A program made the translations under genes and the position numbers. Below the pieces are notes generated by a model. That model did no database searches and was not told the DNA's origin. It saw nothing but the letters and a program-made list of their open reading frames with translations. Below, one piece after another: positions 1 through 11,011 of a stretch of 64,000 nt of DNA (positions are counted from its first letter, which is position 1; the number at the start of each line of letters is the position of its first letter). The DNA is from Waterburya sp. (GTDB taxonomy: Bacteria > Cyanobacteriota > Cyanobacteriia > Cyanobacteriales > Xenococcaceae): positions 352,001 to 416,000 of the forward strand of contig CBDCJV010000002.1 of NCBI GenBank assembly GCA_965217895.1, given 5' to 3'.

Positions 1-854
1 TCTAAAGCTGCTACTGACTCTAAAGGCTGACGTAATTGTTCAGGGGCTTGATCTAAATCTTGAAAATTAACTCCAGACAAATTAAAAGATTTAGTATCAG
101 ATGTATCACTAGGCTGGGATTGAGTTTTAGCCTTTGGCTCTTGATTGCTAGAATTTGTCTGCTGCTGTGGCTTGGCTTCAGGTTTAGTCTGGCTTAGCTT
201 ATCCTCATAATTAATTCCTGGAGAGTTACCACGTCCGATATTTGCCTCAATGGGCTGGTAGATTACAGATATTTCCGTACCGTTGGGATTGGCTTTATTT
301 TGCGATCGCACTAAAGTAAGATCGACTCGAAGATCATTTTTAACAGCGATCGCTTTGGCTGTTTCCAGTTGAGGATTAAGGTTAAACGGTTTAATAATCT
401 TCCAGTCATTTGCAGCCAACTTTGCTTCATAATAATCAGCGATCGCTTTTGAGCGATCTGGACTATCCCAAGTTAATCTTCCTGATGTTTCATTCTCTCT
501 GTTGGCTTCTTTTAGTTGAGCTTGAGGATATAAAGGAAATGATTTAGGGAAGTTTGACGGTAATCCCGATGACTGAGATTTTGTTGATTCTCCCTGAGAC
601 TCCGAAACCTTAGCTTTGTTGTCGGCTGGTTGGTTTTGAGTATTGTCTGACAATAGAGCATCGTTAGCAGTAGATGGTTTCCCCTGATTAGCTCCTGCTT
701 GCTGAGATACCTGTTTTCCATTATTGTTAAGCAATTCTGGATCGGCACCAACGAAACTTTCAAGAGCGTTACTATTACCACAGCTAGTCAGTAAAGCTAA
801 TAGACTAGTAAATATAATATTTTTAATGACTTGTTTATTTTGTTTCAATAACAT
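1..854 (-). CDS. Lipoprotein, probably S-layer-homology (SLH) domain protein; 3' end runs off the window
   Basis: Absent from the ORF track; read manually from ATG 854: MLLKQNKQVIKNIIFTSLLALLTSC (lipobox), a low-complexity linker, then FQDLDQAPEQLRQPLESVAAL at the window edge, resembling the start of cyanobacterial SLH domains. Confidence 0.65.
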   Translation of the reverse strand, partial: MLLKQNKQVIKNIIFTSLLALLTSCGNSNALESFVGADPELLNNNGKQVSQQAGANQGKPSTANDALLSDNTQNQPADNKAKVSESQGESTKSQSSGLPSNFPKSFPLYPQAQLKEANRENETSGRLTWDSPDRSKAIADYYEAKLAANDWKIIKPFNLNPQLETAKAIAVKNDLRVDLTLVRSQNKANPNGTEISVIYQPIEANIGRGNSPGINYEDKLSQTKPEAKPQQQTNSSNQEPKAKTQSQPSDTSDTKSFNLSGVNFQDLDQAPEQLRQPLESVAAL

Positions 855-1051
855 GGCAAGTTGCCAAAATTTATAATCATAATTCAATTCTAGTACTTAG
901 AGAACCTCTGTTCGGGTTAAATTGTGTTGCCCTCAATCCCGCATCTCTTTTTTAGAAAATAAAACAGCCCTTAGCCTTTTTAATTCAATTTTAAAATCTG
1001 AAAAACTCATACCTAAATTTACTAACGCCCTAATTCATCTCAAAAGCATTA

Positions 1052-2110
1052 TCATGATTCTGAAGACTCAACTGAAGCAGATTCTGACAAACTCGGCTTA
1101 GCAGTAAATTCAGCAAACAGAGTCGTAATTACTACCGCAGCAGGAATGGCAAAGATCAGGCCAATAATCCCTAGCAGTTCGCTCATGACTAAAACGGCAA
1201 TAATAACGGTAATTGGATGTAAGTTAACCTGTTGCCCAACCACAATAGGTTGAAAAATATGCGTGTCGATCTGGTTGAGAAGTAAAAATAGAACCAGCAC
1301 TAATACAAGCTTTATTGGTGAGATGGTCAAGGCTACCAAGGCGGGTAAAAAACCGCCGACAAAACTGCCAATAATCGGAATAACTTCAAATAAAGCGGCA
1401 ATAAGGGCAAAAGGAAAAGACAATGGAATCCCCAGCAGCCAAAGTCCGATGCCTACTCCCACACCCAGAAACAGCATTGCTAGAAAAGTACCGCTCATCC
1501 AGCCTTGAAGTCGCAATCTCGTAGTTTTGAGAATATGTCTCAGTTGTTGATGATGGCGACGAGGAATCAAGCGTAATAAGCCTTCCGTAAAGAAGCCAGA
1601 GTCATAAGTAATATAAAGAGCCAAAATAACGATCGCAAAGGCTTCTACAGTCACCCCAAAAGCTTTTTCTAATAAAACAGGAAAGGATTTTAAAAGACCA
1701 TAGAGAAAATTATTTAGTTTGGTAATCTCTTGGGAGATATCAGGAATAAAACTATATCTAGCATGGAGATTTTGAGACTCTTTGGTCAAACTGCTTAAGT
1801 ATTCTGGTAGCTTAGAGCTAAATTTTTGAAACTCATTTAAAATATCGGGCAGGATAACAATAGGCAAGAGTATAGTTAAGCCTAGAATAGCAATGACTAA
1901 AACCAAGACTGCTAACCAACGTAGCTTAATTAGTTTTTCTAGCTGATACAACAGGGTTTGCAAAATCAGCGAAAGTAAAATGGCGATCGCAATCAACTCT
2001 AAAACCGATCGCAGTTGATACAAAATCAAAAGAGACAGCACTAGTAAGACTGCCAACGGCGCACCTTGAGTTAGCTTATCTACCAGTGAAGGTGGTCTTT
2101 TTTGATTCAT
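1052..2110 (-). CDS. AI-2E (PerM/UPF0118) family transporter
   Basis: Multi-TM protein with IPIIGS and NQIDTHIFQPIVVGQQVNLHP motifs; ATG 2110 (MNQKRPP) preferred over the track start at 2161. Confidence 0.85.
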   Translation of the reverse strand: MNQKRPPSLVDKLTQGAPLAVLLVLSLLILYQLRSVLELIAIAILLSLILQTLLYQLEKLIKLRWLAVLVLVIAILGLTILLPIVILPDILNEFQKFSSKLPEYLSSLTKESQNLHARYSFIPDISQEITKLNNFLYGLLKSFPVLLEKAFGVTVEAFAIVILALYITYDSGFFTEGLLRLIPRRHHQQLRHILKTTRLRLQGWMSGTFLAMLFLGVGVGIGLWLLGIPLSFPFALIAALFEVIPIIGSFVGGFLPALVALTISPIKLVLVLVLFLLLNQIDTHIFQPIVVGQQVNLHPITVIIAVLVMSELLGIIGLIFAIPAAVVITTLFAEFTAKPSLSESASVESSES

Positions 2111-2198
2111 GAACCTATTTTTAGCTGTAGATATCCGTTGATAATAACAAAGATCGGACAATCGCTTGTAAATCGTTTCATTGTTTTGCTATTCCACT

Positions 2199-2220
2199 GA
2201 CACATCAACGACACATCAAC
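2199..2220 (-). promoter_or_regulatory. Perfect 11-bp tandem direct repeat, OmpR/PhoB-type box candidate
   Basis: GACACATCAAC x2, about 90 bp upstream of the AI-2E start. Confidence 0.5.
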
Positions 2221-2501
2221 TTTTTATTGTATTTAAATCCGAAACAAAATAATTTGAACGTCGAGATAGACAGCATCAGTAAATTTTTTTAACTAAAACA
2301 AATTTATAAATCGGCATAGTTTTTAAATTTTATAAATTCAATCTTCATTTAAACCAATCAATCATGTGAGTCACAAACTATGTTATTACCTTTCTTTTTC
2401 TTAATCTTTTTACCTTTACCTATTTTGTTGGCTTTATTAATCATCACGTTTTTGTTTCCCGATAGTGACCAAGATTTACGCTAAATTTGCCTATTTTTAT
2501 T

Positions 2502-3149
2502 TTATTTTGGCTTGTTTTGAGAATCTATACTATATAAAAATTGCTTTGTTCTCAATATAGTTCCTAGAGTAACTTGTTTGGTTAACCAATAGAGAATAGT
2601 CAAAATGATAAAGGTAATCGCTATGACTAACAAAGGTTTTTTGGTAGTCAAATCATCTACTGTTGAAGCCAGCAAAATGTTTGGTTTAGTTACTAAATCC
2701 CAGCTATTAAAACGACGAAACCTACCCATAAAAATGCCAACTGCACTTAGAGCATGAGTCATTAATTCGCTGCTGAAAATAAATTTACCAGCACCCTGTT
2801 TCTTAAGATAAAAACCTTGATTAATCAGAGAAACTACATAAGCTTCCCAACCGAGGGCGATCGCCAAAAAGTGTAAAGGAATAAAAATCAAAGTGGTAAT
2901 CCAAATAGAATAGCCTGCTCGGATGGCGGCAATTAAATGGATAATATCAGTTAACAAATAGGAGGCATTGGGTAAGAAAGAAATATAGGCAACAAAACCA
3001 ATCCACCAAGGTAGAGATCGCTTTTTAGTACGCCTAAGAAACAACCAGAAGCTGAGAAATAAAGGAATAAAGGCCAAAAATAAATTCCAGATTATCCAAC
3101 CACTATATTCATTAAATGCTTCCAAAGCATCAGTTAGTATTGATTCCAT
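2502..3149 (-). CDS. DUF1361 family membrane protein
   Basis: WNLFLAFIP, FLPNASYLLTDIIH and GRFRRFNSWDL motifs. Confidence 0.8.
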   Translation of the reverse strand: MESILTDALEAFNEYSGWIIWNLFLAFIPLFLSFWLFLRRTKKRSLPWWIGFVAYISFLPNASYLLTDIIHLIAAIRAGYSIWITTLIFIPLHFLAIALGWEAYVVSLINQGFYLKKQGAGKFIFSSELMTHALSAVGIFMGRFRRFNSWDLVTKPNILLASTVDDLTTKKPLLVIAITFIILTILYWLTKQVTLGTILRTKQFLYSIDSQNKPK

Positions 3150-3255
3150 TATCTAGAGTATTTGAGCAAACGTTACCGTATTTTTCTATACAAACAAATT
3201 AATACCTAAAATTTAGCATAGTAGTATGGCGCGAATGTGTCGGCGGTGTAATCCC

Positions 3256-3282
3256 TTGACAAAACAATTATTTTGATACAAT
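3256..3282 (+). promoter_or_regulatory. Candidate sigma70-type promoter of the two-component operon
   Basis: TTGACA (3256-3261) and extended -10 TGaTACAAT (3274-3282); spacer is short (15 bp). Confidence 0.4.
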
Positions 3283-3333
3283 AATCCTGCTTGTCATAAG
3301 TATTCGATCATAAAGCAAGAAGAGCGATCGCCA

Positions 3334-4050
3334 ATGACTCATAAAGTATTAATTGTCGAAGATGAGGCAGAAATTGCTCGTTTAATTACTATCAATCTAG
3401 AAAAAGAGGGATTTGATTGCTCCCACTGTCGCGATGGTATAGCAGCTTTAGAAGCATTTAAAGAGCAGCAGCCAGACGTAATTGTTTTGGATTTGATGAT
3501 GCCTGGCTTGAATGGATTGGAAGTATGTACCCGTATTCGTCGCCAAACCGTCGGCAAAGATCCTTTTATCCTTATGTTAACGGCAAAGGGAGAAGAAATA
3601 GATCGAGTAATAGGCTTATCTACAGGGGCGGACGATTATCTAGTTAAACCCTTTAGTGCGCCAGAGTTAATCGCCAGGATTCGTGCCTTACTCAGACGCA
3701 GCCTCCGAAAAATCGATACAGACGATCTACAGCACTGTACCCAACATTTTATAGTCAATGAAACTCAACGCACCGCTTTTAAAATTGATACCGGTCAAGA
3801 GCAACAGCTAAATTTAACCACAATTGAATTTGATTTACTCAATACTTTTGCCAGTCAACCTAACCGCGTTTGGAATCGCACTCAGCTAATCGATCGCTTG
3901 TGGGGAGATGACTTTTATGGAGATGAGCGTGTAGTAGATACTCATGTAGCACGATTGCGGAAGAAAATTGAACCTGATACGGCTCATCCTCAATATATTA
4001 AAACAGTATTGGGCGTAGGGTATAAATTTGAAGATGAGAAAACGCAATAA
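3334..4050 (+). CDS. OmpR-family response regulator
   Basis: REC (VLDLMMP, GADDYLVKPF) plus winged helix (RVVDTHVARLRKKIE...TVLGVGYKF). Confidence 0.95.
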   Translation: MTHKVLIVEDEAEIARLITINLEKEGFDCSHCRDGIAALEAFKEQQPDVIVLDLMMPGLNGLEVCTRIRRQTVGKDPFILMLTAKGEEIDRVIGLSTGADDYLVKPFSAPELIARIRALLRRSLRKIDTDDLQHCTQHFIVNETQRTAFKIDTGQEQQLNLTTIEFDLLNTFASQPNRVWNRTQLIDRLWGDDFYGDERVVDTHVARLRKKIEPDTAHPQYIKTVLGVGYKFEDEKTQ

Positions 4051-4055
4051 ACATT

Positions 4056-5189
4056 TTGTCTGAAAATAAAAACGAATTTAAAATAGTTAATTCTCTGAGG
4101 CGCAAGTCCCTGTCTTTGGCAACGCGCTTGTTTTTTTCTCACCTAATGGTAATGATTGTTGCCGTAAGTTTCCTGGTAATTGTGGGCAAAACTGCCTCAC
4201 CAATTTTGTTTGCACAACACATAGAAAAAATTGAGAATGAGGGATTTGATTTTAAAGATTCTCGTGCTGATGTGATTGAAGGCTTTGACAGTGCTTGGCA
4301 CAGTAGCACTCTATGGTCAGTAATCATCGGTACGACAACGGCAGGAGTGTTAAGTATTTGGGTTACTCGTCGAATCACCAGACCGATGCTGAGAATTGAA
4401 CGAGTAACGCAGCAGTTTGCTAGGGGTAAGCTAAGTGAAAGATTGCCTCCTAGCGATATACCAGAGTTAAATCGACTCAGTGCTAGCTTTAACAATATGG
4501 CTAGCAGCATTGAGGGAATAGAACAACGTCGTCGAGAATTAGTCAGCGATCTCACTCACGAATTGCGAACTCCACTAACTATAATTTACGGCTATTTAGA
4601 AGGAATTACCGCTAATACTATAGAAGCCACTCCAGAGGTTTACGAGCGACTAATGAAGGAAACTAAACGGTTGCAGCGATTGGTTAATGATTTACAGGAA
4701 CTATCTAAAGCCGAGGCAGGATATTTATCTATTCATTTAGCACCTGTTAAGCTGTATCCTTTGCTATCTGCCTTAGTGAAAAAGTTTGAGGCTCAGTTAT
4801 TGGCTGAATTGAGAATTGATTTACAATATCCAACTGATTTACCCTTAGTTTTAGCCGATTTAGATCGTTTGCAACAGATTTTAATCAATTTACTAGGTAA
4901 TGCCGTATCCTATACAGAAAAAGGCATAATTACGCTACGGGTGTGGCAAGAGTCAAACAGAGTATGGCTAGCTGTAAGTGATACAGGGCAAGGAATTGCC
5001 CCTGAAGATTTGCCTCATGTATTTGAGCGTTTTTGGCGTTCTGGTCTAGCAAGCGATCGCCATAGCCGAGGTAGCGGTATTGGTTTGGCTATTTCTCGTC
5101 GTTTAGTAGAACTACAGGGTGGTCAAATAGAAGTTGAGAGCCAACTAGGTCAAGGAAGTACTTTTCGATTTTCTCTTGCCGTTGCTTAA
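4056..5189 (+). CDS. HAMP-domain sensor histidine kinase (BaeS-like)
   Basis: Two TMs, HAMP, H-box THELRTPLT, N/G boxes NLLGNA, DTGQGI, GSGIGL; 5 bp after the regulator. Confidence 0.93.
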   Translation: MSENKNEFKIVNSLRRKSLSLATRLFFSHLMVMIVAVSFLVIVGKTASPILFAQHIEKIENEGFDFKDSRADVIEGFDSAWHSSTLWSVIIGTTTAGVLSIWVTRRITRPMLRIERVTQQFARGKLSERLPPSDIPELNRLSASFNNMASSIEGIEQRRRELVSDLTHELRTPLTIIYGYLEGITANTIEATPEVYERLMKETKRLQRLVNDLQELSKAEAGYLSIHLAPVKLYPLLSALVKKFEAQLLAELRIDLQYPTDLPLVLADLDRLQQILINLLGNAVSYTEKGIITLRVWQESNRVWLAVSDTGQGIAPEDLPHVFERFWRSGLASDRHSRGSGIGLAISRRLVELQGGQIEVESQLGQGSTFRFSLAVA

Positions 5190-5426
5190 TTAATAATTTG
5201 CGCTGCATCGCGATCGAATGGTAAAGGCTGACTGGGGGACTTAGAGACCAAGAGACGCGGTGATATTATTTGTCTTGGATATTTGCTAAATTGATCTAAC
5301 AGAGCAGATCTAGATAATGCGATCGCTTTAAACTTACTTTTAAATTAGTTTTGGCAGGGAATAGGGTGTAGTGTAAAGATTAGTTTTTTAGGTTTTATAA
5401 ATTGTTCTGCCTATCTACTTATATTC

Positions 5427-7082
5427 ATGTTGTTCTCACTAGCTCGCCTCAAATTTTGGCTGATGACCGCATTGGCTGTGGGATTAATCTGTATTGCTTT
5501 GCCAACAATAGCTCAAACCTCTAGTTCTCCGACTAATACGCCATCAACACCAAACTCAAGAGAAGCCAATTTATTTTCTTCCCTATCTAGCTTATCTAAC
5601 TCTACGGTAACGCCAACTACGGAGTGGATTTGGTTAGATGGTCGTAAAGCATTTCAAGTCACTGCTTTAGATAGCAACCTGCCAGAAAGAGTCCGAATAA
5701 TCAAGCGTAATCTAAAACAAATTAGTAATGCTTATTTTCAAAGTAGAAGTGACAATCTACAGGCAACAGTAACAAATATTGACGGTTTACCAACCATTAA
5801 TATAAATGGTCGATATCTTTTAACTGTAACTGACCTAGATGCCAAGCTGCGGGGCGTAAACACCTTTACCTGGGCAGATCAACTCAGTCAAATTTTACAA
5901 CAGGCTTTGAGACAAGCCAAACAAGAGCGACAACCAAAATATTTGATTCGTCAAGGGAAGATCGCTGCTGGAATTTTTGGACTTGTGGCGATCGCTAATT
6001 GGATATTATTAAAATTACGTCGGCGCATTCAGTTAAGTAGAACCAAGACTCAAACTGCTGTCGGCGTTGGAGATATCGCCTCCAAGCGACTGATTAAAAG
6101 CAACTTACAGGCTATTGAGAATAGATTATTACTAGACGTTCAAATTTTGCTTTGGCTAGGCGGAATATTAGCATCTTTATACTTGTTTCCCTACACTAGA
6201 ACTTTACAGGTATGGCTGCTTAATGGCTTAGGAATTCCTTTTAAAATTGGACTGATTGTATTAGGAATTTACACGGCTATTCGCTTGAGTCATGTTTTTA
6301 TCGATCGCTTTGTCTCTTCAATCAACACTAATCCTTTTATTTCGCCGATCGTAACTGAGCGATCGCAACTGAGGGTTTCTACTATTTTCAGTGCAGTTAA
6401 GTGGATCGCCATTATTTGCTGGTTGGTAGTTGGGGCGATTGTTGGTTTAATTATTTTTGGTATTGATATTGCTCCTCTGATAGCTGGAGCAGGGCTGTTG
6501 GGAGTAGCACTTTCTCTGGCTTCTCAAAATTTGATTAAAGACACTATCAACGGATTTTTAATCGTTCTTGAAGACCAATATGGCATCGGCGACATTATCG
6601 ATACTGGAACTTGGTCGGGTACTGTAGAAGAGCTTAACTTACGAATTACCCAACTACGAAACTCAGAAGGGAAATTAATTACGATTCCTAATAGTCAAAT
6701 GGGAGCAGTGGCTAACCTAACTAAAAGTTGGTCGCGGGTCGATCTTAACGTTCCCGTTGCCTATGACACCGATACTTTGGCAGCGATCAAGATTATTGAA
6801 GCAACTGCTATTGAAATGAGTCGAGATCCTCAATGGCAGTGGCAAATAGTCGAGACACCTCAAGTGATGGGTATTGACGACTTTAGCGATCGCGGATTGA
6901 TGGTGAAAATATGGATTAAAACCCGACCTCTCAAACAGTTTGATATAGCCAGAGAATATCGACTGCGCCTAAAATTAGCTTTTGATAAGGCAGGAATATT
7001 AATTCCCGTACCGCAGCAAAATATTTCACTTCATCCTAACTCAGTCTCCAACTCTAGTTTTTTCCAGGCTGACCATTCTTAA
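5427..7082 (+). CDS. MscS-family mechanosensitive channel with long N-terminal extracytoplasmic domain
   Basis: GAGLLGVALSLASQNLIKD, GTVEELNLRITQLR, ITIPNS. Confidence 0.92.
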   Translation: MLFSLARLKFWLMTALAVGLICIALPTIAQTSSSPTNTPSTPNSREANLFSSLSSLSNSTVTPTTEWIWLDGRKAFQVTALDSNLPERVRIIKRNLKQISNAYFQSRSDNLQATVTNIDGLPTININGRYLLTVTDLDAKLRGVNTFTWADQLSQILQQALRQAKQERQPKYLIRQGKIAAGIFGLVAIANWILLKLRRRIQLSRTKTQTAVGVGDIASKRLIKSNLQAIENRLLLDVQILLWLGGILASLYLFPYTRTLQVWLLNGLGIPFKIGLIVLGIYTAIRLSHVFIDRFVSSINTNPFISPIVTERSQLRVSTIFSAVKWIAIICWLVVGAIVGLIIFGIDIAPLIAGAGLLGVALSLASQNLIKDTINGFLIVLEDQYGIGDIIDTGTWSGTVEELNLRITQLRNSEGKLITIPNSQMGAVANLTKSWSRVDLNVPVAYDTDTLAAIKIIEATAIEMSRDPQWQWQIVETPQVMGIDDFSDRGLMVKIWIKTRPLKQFDIAREYRLRLKLAFDKAGILIPVPQQNISLHPNSVSNSSFFQADHS

Positions 7083-7125
7083 CTGACGTTACACACTAAT
7101 TAATCTATGAAAAGTAGGTAGTAGA

Positions 7126-9147
7126 ATGAAATCTAAGTATTTTTTGCTATTCGGACTAATTTTAGGCGCGTTGTTGCCTCGCTCTATTCAGGCTCAACCT
7201 TCTAAAACTCCAGAGCAAACCGTAGAATGCGAAATATTAATTGTAGGTGGGGGTTTAGCAGGAACTGCTGCTGCTTACGAGAGTTTACTAGCAGGAAAAA
7301 CCGTTTGTATGACCGACATTACTGACTGGTTTGGGGGGCAAATTTCGGCTCAAGGAACTTCAGCACTAGATGAAAGAGCAACTCAGCGATCGCTTTTATT
7401 TTATCCCCGTGGTTATCTAGAACTACGGCAGCGCATCCAAGATTTTTATGGCAAGCTCAACCCTGGCAATTGTTGGGTCAGTGAATCTTGTTTTATACCC
7501 CGCGATGCTTATACTATACTTCAAGAGCAATTACAGGCTGCTGCCAAAAAAGGCAACGGCACTCTGAAGTGGTTTCCCGCCACGGTTATCAAAAAGTTAG
7601 ATATAGAACCCGTCGGACAATCAAAGAGCAAGCAGATCGAGAATGCGATCGCGATTCAACGCCGTCCCGCTCTCGGCGCACCTCCTCTCAATACCTTACC
7701 CCTATCCAGTGTTATCGAAGATGCTTATCGCTATGACGATTCGCCTCACTTTAACAAACAGATTATTCGCTTCATCCCCAAAAAATCCGCCCGTAAGCAA
7801 CCAGCAGACTGGTATGTGATCGAAGCCACAGAGACGGGAGAAATTGTCGCCTTAGCTGATGTTCCCTATCGCTTGGGAATTGACCCTCGTTCTTATCTCA
7901 ATCCTTCTTCATCGAGCGTTAAGGGCGATCCTTACTGCACCCAAGGTTTTACCGATACTTTTGCTATGGAAAAGACGGAAAAACGCCAATACAATTTTAT
8001 GCCTTTGTTTTATCCGCAATACGAACCCTACTATAGTTATGAACTAGAACGCCTTGCTGATTTTAATTTGATTTTTACCTATCGACGCATCTGGAGTGAG
8101 CAAACAGGAGAAGCAAAAACTTTTGGCGGTATTACCTTTACCGCCCCTACGGATGGAGATATTTCGATGCAAAACTGGACTTGGGGTAATGATTATCGTC
8201 CTGGTACAGCTAAAGACAATTTAATTTACACTCGCCAGCAGCTTAAAGCTAGAAAGGAATTAAGCCCTAACGGTTGGCAGGGAGGACTGCGTACCGAAAC
8301 TTTATACCACGCTGAAGAAAATGCCCTCGGCTTCTTCTATTGGCTGATTAAAGGAGCGACCGATTCTCAATTAGGTTCGGGAGTTAAAAAAGCTCATCCC
8401 AATAACCGCTATCTTGCTGGACTCGATTCGCCCATGGGGACAATTCATGGGTTGTCTAAATATCCCTATATCCGCGAAAGCAGAAGAATTGTTGGGCGAG
8501 CTACTCCTGGTTACTCAAAGGGTTTTAGCATTTGGGAAATCGACATTTCCCGCATTGATTATCAAGACAAATATTATCGTCAAACCTTATCTCCAGATAC
8601 CTATCGTCGTTTACAAGCGGCCTTAGCAGGTGTCAAAGGACTGGCGGTGCTAGAGGGAAAAATCTCTCCCAATGCCGTAAAACCCCGTCAGCGTGCGACT
8701 ATTTATCCTGATTCGGTGGGGATTGGTTTTTATGCGATCGATTTTCATCCCTGCATGAAAGAACACCCCCCAGAAAAACCAGGAAACAGAGAAAGAACAG
8801 GAGAACGTCAGGCAGCAGGATTGGCTTATCCTTTTGAAATTCCCTTACGAGCAATGATTCCCCAAAAAATTGATAATTTGCTAGTGACGGGTAAAAACAT
8901 GGCAATGAGTCACATTGCCTCGGCTGCTTATCGAGTTCAGTCAGTAGAATGGTCGGCAGGAGCAGCAGCAGGAACAACGGCTGCTTTTGCTTTAGATGAA
9001 AAAATTTTGCCCTATAAATTGGTAGAGGGATATTTTTTAAAAGACCAGAAGTTGCATGACTTGAGAGACAAATTAGAGCGCGACGGCAATCCGACTCAGT
9101 TTCCCAATACTTCAATTTTTAATCAATCTTGGGATAGTTGGAAATAA
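7126..9147 (+). CDS. Exported FAD-dependent oxidoreductase
   Basis: Signal peptide; IVGGGLAGTAAA dinucleotide motif; PYIRESRRI; FEIPLRAMIP...SHIASAAYRV. Confidence 0.85.
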   Translation: MKSKYFLLFGLILGALLPRSIQAQPSKTPEQTVECEILIVGGGLAGTAAAYESLLAGKTVCMTDITDWFGGQISAQGTSALDERATQRSLLFYPRGYLELRQRIQDFYGKLNPGNCWVSESCFIPRDAYTILQEQLQAAAKKGNGTLKWFPATVIKKLDIEPVGQSKSKQIENAIAIQRRPALGAPPLNTLPLSSVIEDAYRYDDSPHFNKQIIRFIPKKSARKQPADWYVIEATETGEIVALADVPYRLGIDPRSYLNPSSSSVKGDPYCTQGFTDTFAMEKTEKRQYNFMPLFYPQYEPYYSYELERLADFNLIFTYRRIWSEQTGEAKTFGGITFTAPTDGDISMQNWTWGNDYRPGTAKDNLIYTRQQLKARKELSPNGWQGGLRTETLYHAEENALGFFYWLIKGATDSQLGSGVKKAHPNNRYLAGLDSPMGTIHGLSKYPYIRESRRIVGRATPGYSKGFSIWEIDISRIDYQDKYYRQTLSPDTYRRLQAALAGVKGLAVLEGKISPNAVKPRQRATIYPDSVGIGFYAIDFHPCMKEHPPEKPGNRERTGERQAAGLAYPFEIPLRAMIPQKIDNLLVTGKNMAMSHIASAAYRVQSVEWSAGAAAGTTAAFALDEKILPYKLVEGYFLKDQKLHDLRDKLERDGNPTQFPNTSIFNQSWDSWK

Positions 9148-9236
9148 ACGGAAACTTTTAAAAGTAAGATTAAGCCTTTTGAACTTGGTAATTTATTTCG
9201 GGTAGTTTACGTACCCCAGATTCAATTAAGATAAAC

Positions 9237-10913
9237 TTGCCTAACAACAGCAAGAACGATCCTCCCAATCTCATGATTAGCAAGAAGTTCTTAATAACTT
9301 TATTCGCCCTATTTACAGTTGTTACCGTTTGCATTACGCCTCCAGCCGTAGCGCAATTACCCTATATTCAAGATATAGCAGCTTATTCAAGGTTTTTACG
9401 CCAGGTACAGGAAAAGTCTTTTAATTCCGCCTGTATTCGTTTAGATGGACGCTGCTTATTTAAGGTATCTGCTACAGATTCTGAGCTTCTATCTGACAGA
9501 ATTGATGAGATTCAAAAACGCTTTGCAGAGGCAGCGACAAACTATTTAACTGATAACGGTAAACAGTCAGAAGTCATTGTCAAGCCAAATGGTAATTTAC
9601 AGGATATTTATCTTATTTTGGGCGACAAACAGGAGCGTTTATTTACCGTAACCAATTCTGATGCCACAGCCAATGATGTTAGCGTACCAATTAGAGCGCG
9701 ACAGCTAAGCTCAGAAATTGAGCAGGGTTTGGAGATAGCAAAAAAAGAGCGATCGCCCCAATATCTCCGCAAGAAACTGATCATCGGCTTATTAATCCTT
9801 GCCTTTATCTGGATCGGTAATTTTCCCTTGGCCTCAGAAATTAGAAAAATGCGTAAGTTAGCACGGAAGCTAGCACCAAAAGCCTTTTCTAAAACATTAC
9901 CCTTGGCAACTCAGCTAGCGCAGCGTCAAAAATGGAATATAACCGAAATTCAATTTCGCTTATTGCAGCTAGTTCAAGTGGCACTTTGGGGTGGCGGAAC
10001 TTTATATATTTTAAATTTATTTCCCCAAACGCGAATTGCTGCTTTTTTGCTAATTGCTGCTTTAAGAATTCCTTTGCGCATTGGTCTGATTGTCTTGGCT
10101 ACTTATATTTTGATCCGTCTTAGCTACTTTTTGATTGCCAAGCTAAGTGCAATTGCGATCGCCAGCCAATCTGCTGCCGTAACGGTTAATCAACGAGGCA
10201 AATTACGCATCAATACTACGACAAGAATTTTACGCAGTACTATAACTGTTCTTTGGTCAGTAATTGGCATCTTATTAGCCTTTTGGGTTAATGGAGTTAA
10301 CCTGGCACCAATTTTGGCTGGTGCGGGTATTTTGGGTTTAGGTCTATCTTTAGCCTCACAAAATCTGATTAAGGATGCAATCAACGGCTTTATTATTATT
10401 TGGGACGATCGCTATGCCGTAGGCGATATTGTAGATATTGGCGCAGTCAGCGGTTTAGTCGAAAATATTAATTTGCGAATCACTCAATTAAGGGATGCCG
10501 AAGGCAGGTTAATTACCGTGCCTAATAGTGTCGTTGAAGTTGTGGCAAATCGTTCTAGTCTTTGGTCTAGAGCCGATATTACTATCCCCGTAGCTTATCA
10601 AACCGATATCGATCGCGCCCTAGATGTAATCGAGCAAGTAGCCAAAGTTATGACTCAAAATCCTGATTGGCAGGAGCGCATTTGGGAGTTTCCGAATATT
10701 TTGGGCATAGAGCAATTTAGCGATCGCGGAATTTTAATTCGTGTCTGGATCAAAACTGAACCATTACAACAGTGGGATGTAGCTAGAGAGTTTCGCCGTC
10801 GGATCAAAATTGCCTTTGACCAAGCAGGAATACCCATACCCATTCCTCAACAGCAGATATTGTTTGATAAGAAAAAGATAATTAGTAATCAAGAGCAAAA
10901 TCTTAATAACTAA
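9237..10913 (+). CDS. MscS-family mechanosensitive channel (paralog of 5427-7082)
   Basis: GAGILGLGLSLASQNLIKD, VENINLRITQLR; start may be ATG 9272. Confidence 0.92.
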   Translation: MPNNSKNDPPNLMISKKFLITLFALFTVVTVCITPPAVAQLPYIQDIAAYSRFLRQVQEKSFNSACIRLDGRCLFKVSATDSELLSDRIDEIQKRFAEAATNYLTDNGKQSEVIVKPNGNLQDIYLILGDKQERLFTVTNSDATANDVSVPIRARQLSSEIEQGLEIAKKERSPQYLRKKLIIGLLILAFIWIGNFPLASEIRKMRKLARKLAPKAFSKTLPLATQLAQRQKWNITEIQFRLLQLVQVALWGGGTLYILNLFPQTRIAAFLLIAALRIPLRIGLIVLATYILIRLSYFLIAKLSAIAIASQSAAVTVNQRGKLRINTTTRILRSTITVLWSVIGILLAFWVNGVNLAPILAGAGILGLGLSLASQNLIKDAINGFIIIWDDRYAVGDIVDIGAVSGLVENINLRITQLRDAEGRLITVPNSVVEVVANRSSLWSRADITIPVAYQTDIDRALDVIEQVAKVMTQNPDWQERIWEFPNILGIEQFSDRGILIRVWIKTEPLQQWDVAREFRRRIKIAFDQAGIPIPIPQQQILFDKKKIISNQEQNLNN

Positions 10914-11011
10914 CAACCTATTACTTTTGATATACGTCAAACAATTATACTTTTGATAGAAGCAATGATTTTCAATCTTGTCTACAGTCGTATAAGACTA
11001 AAAGTAAGGAG

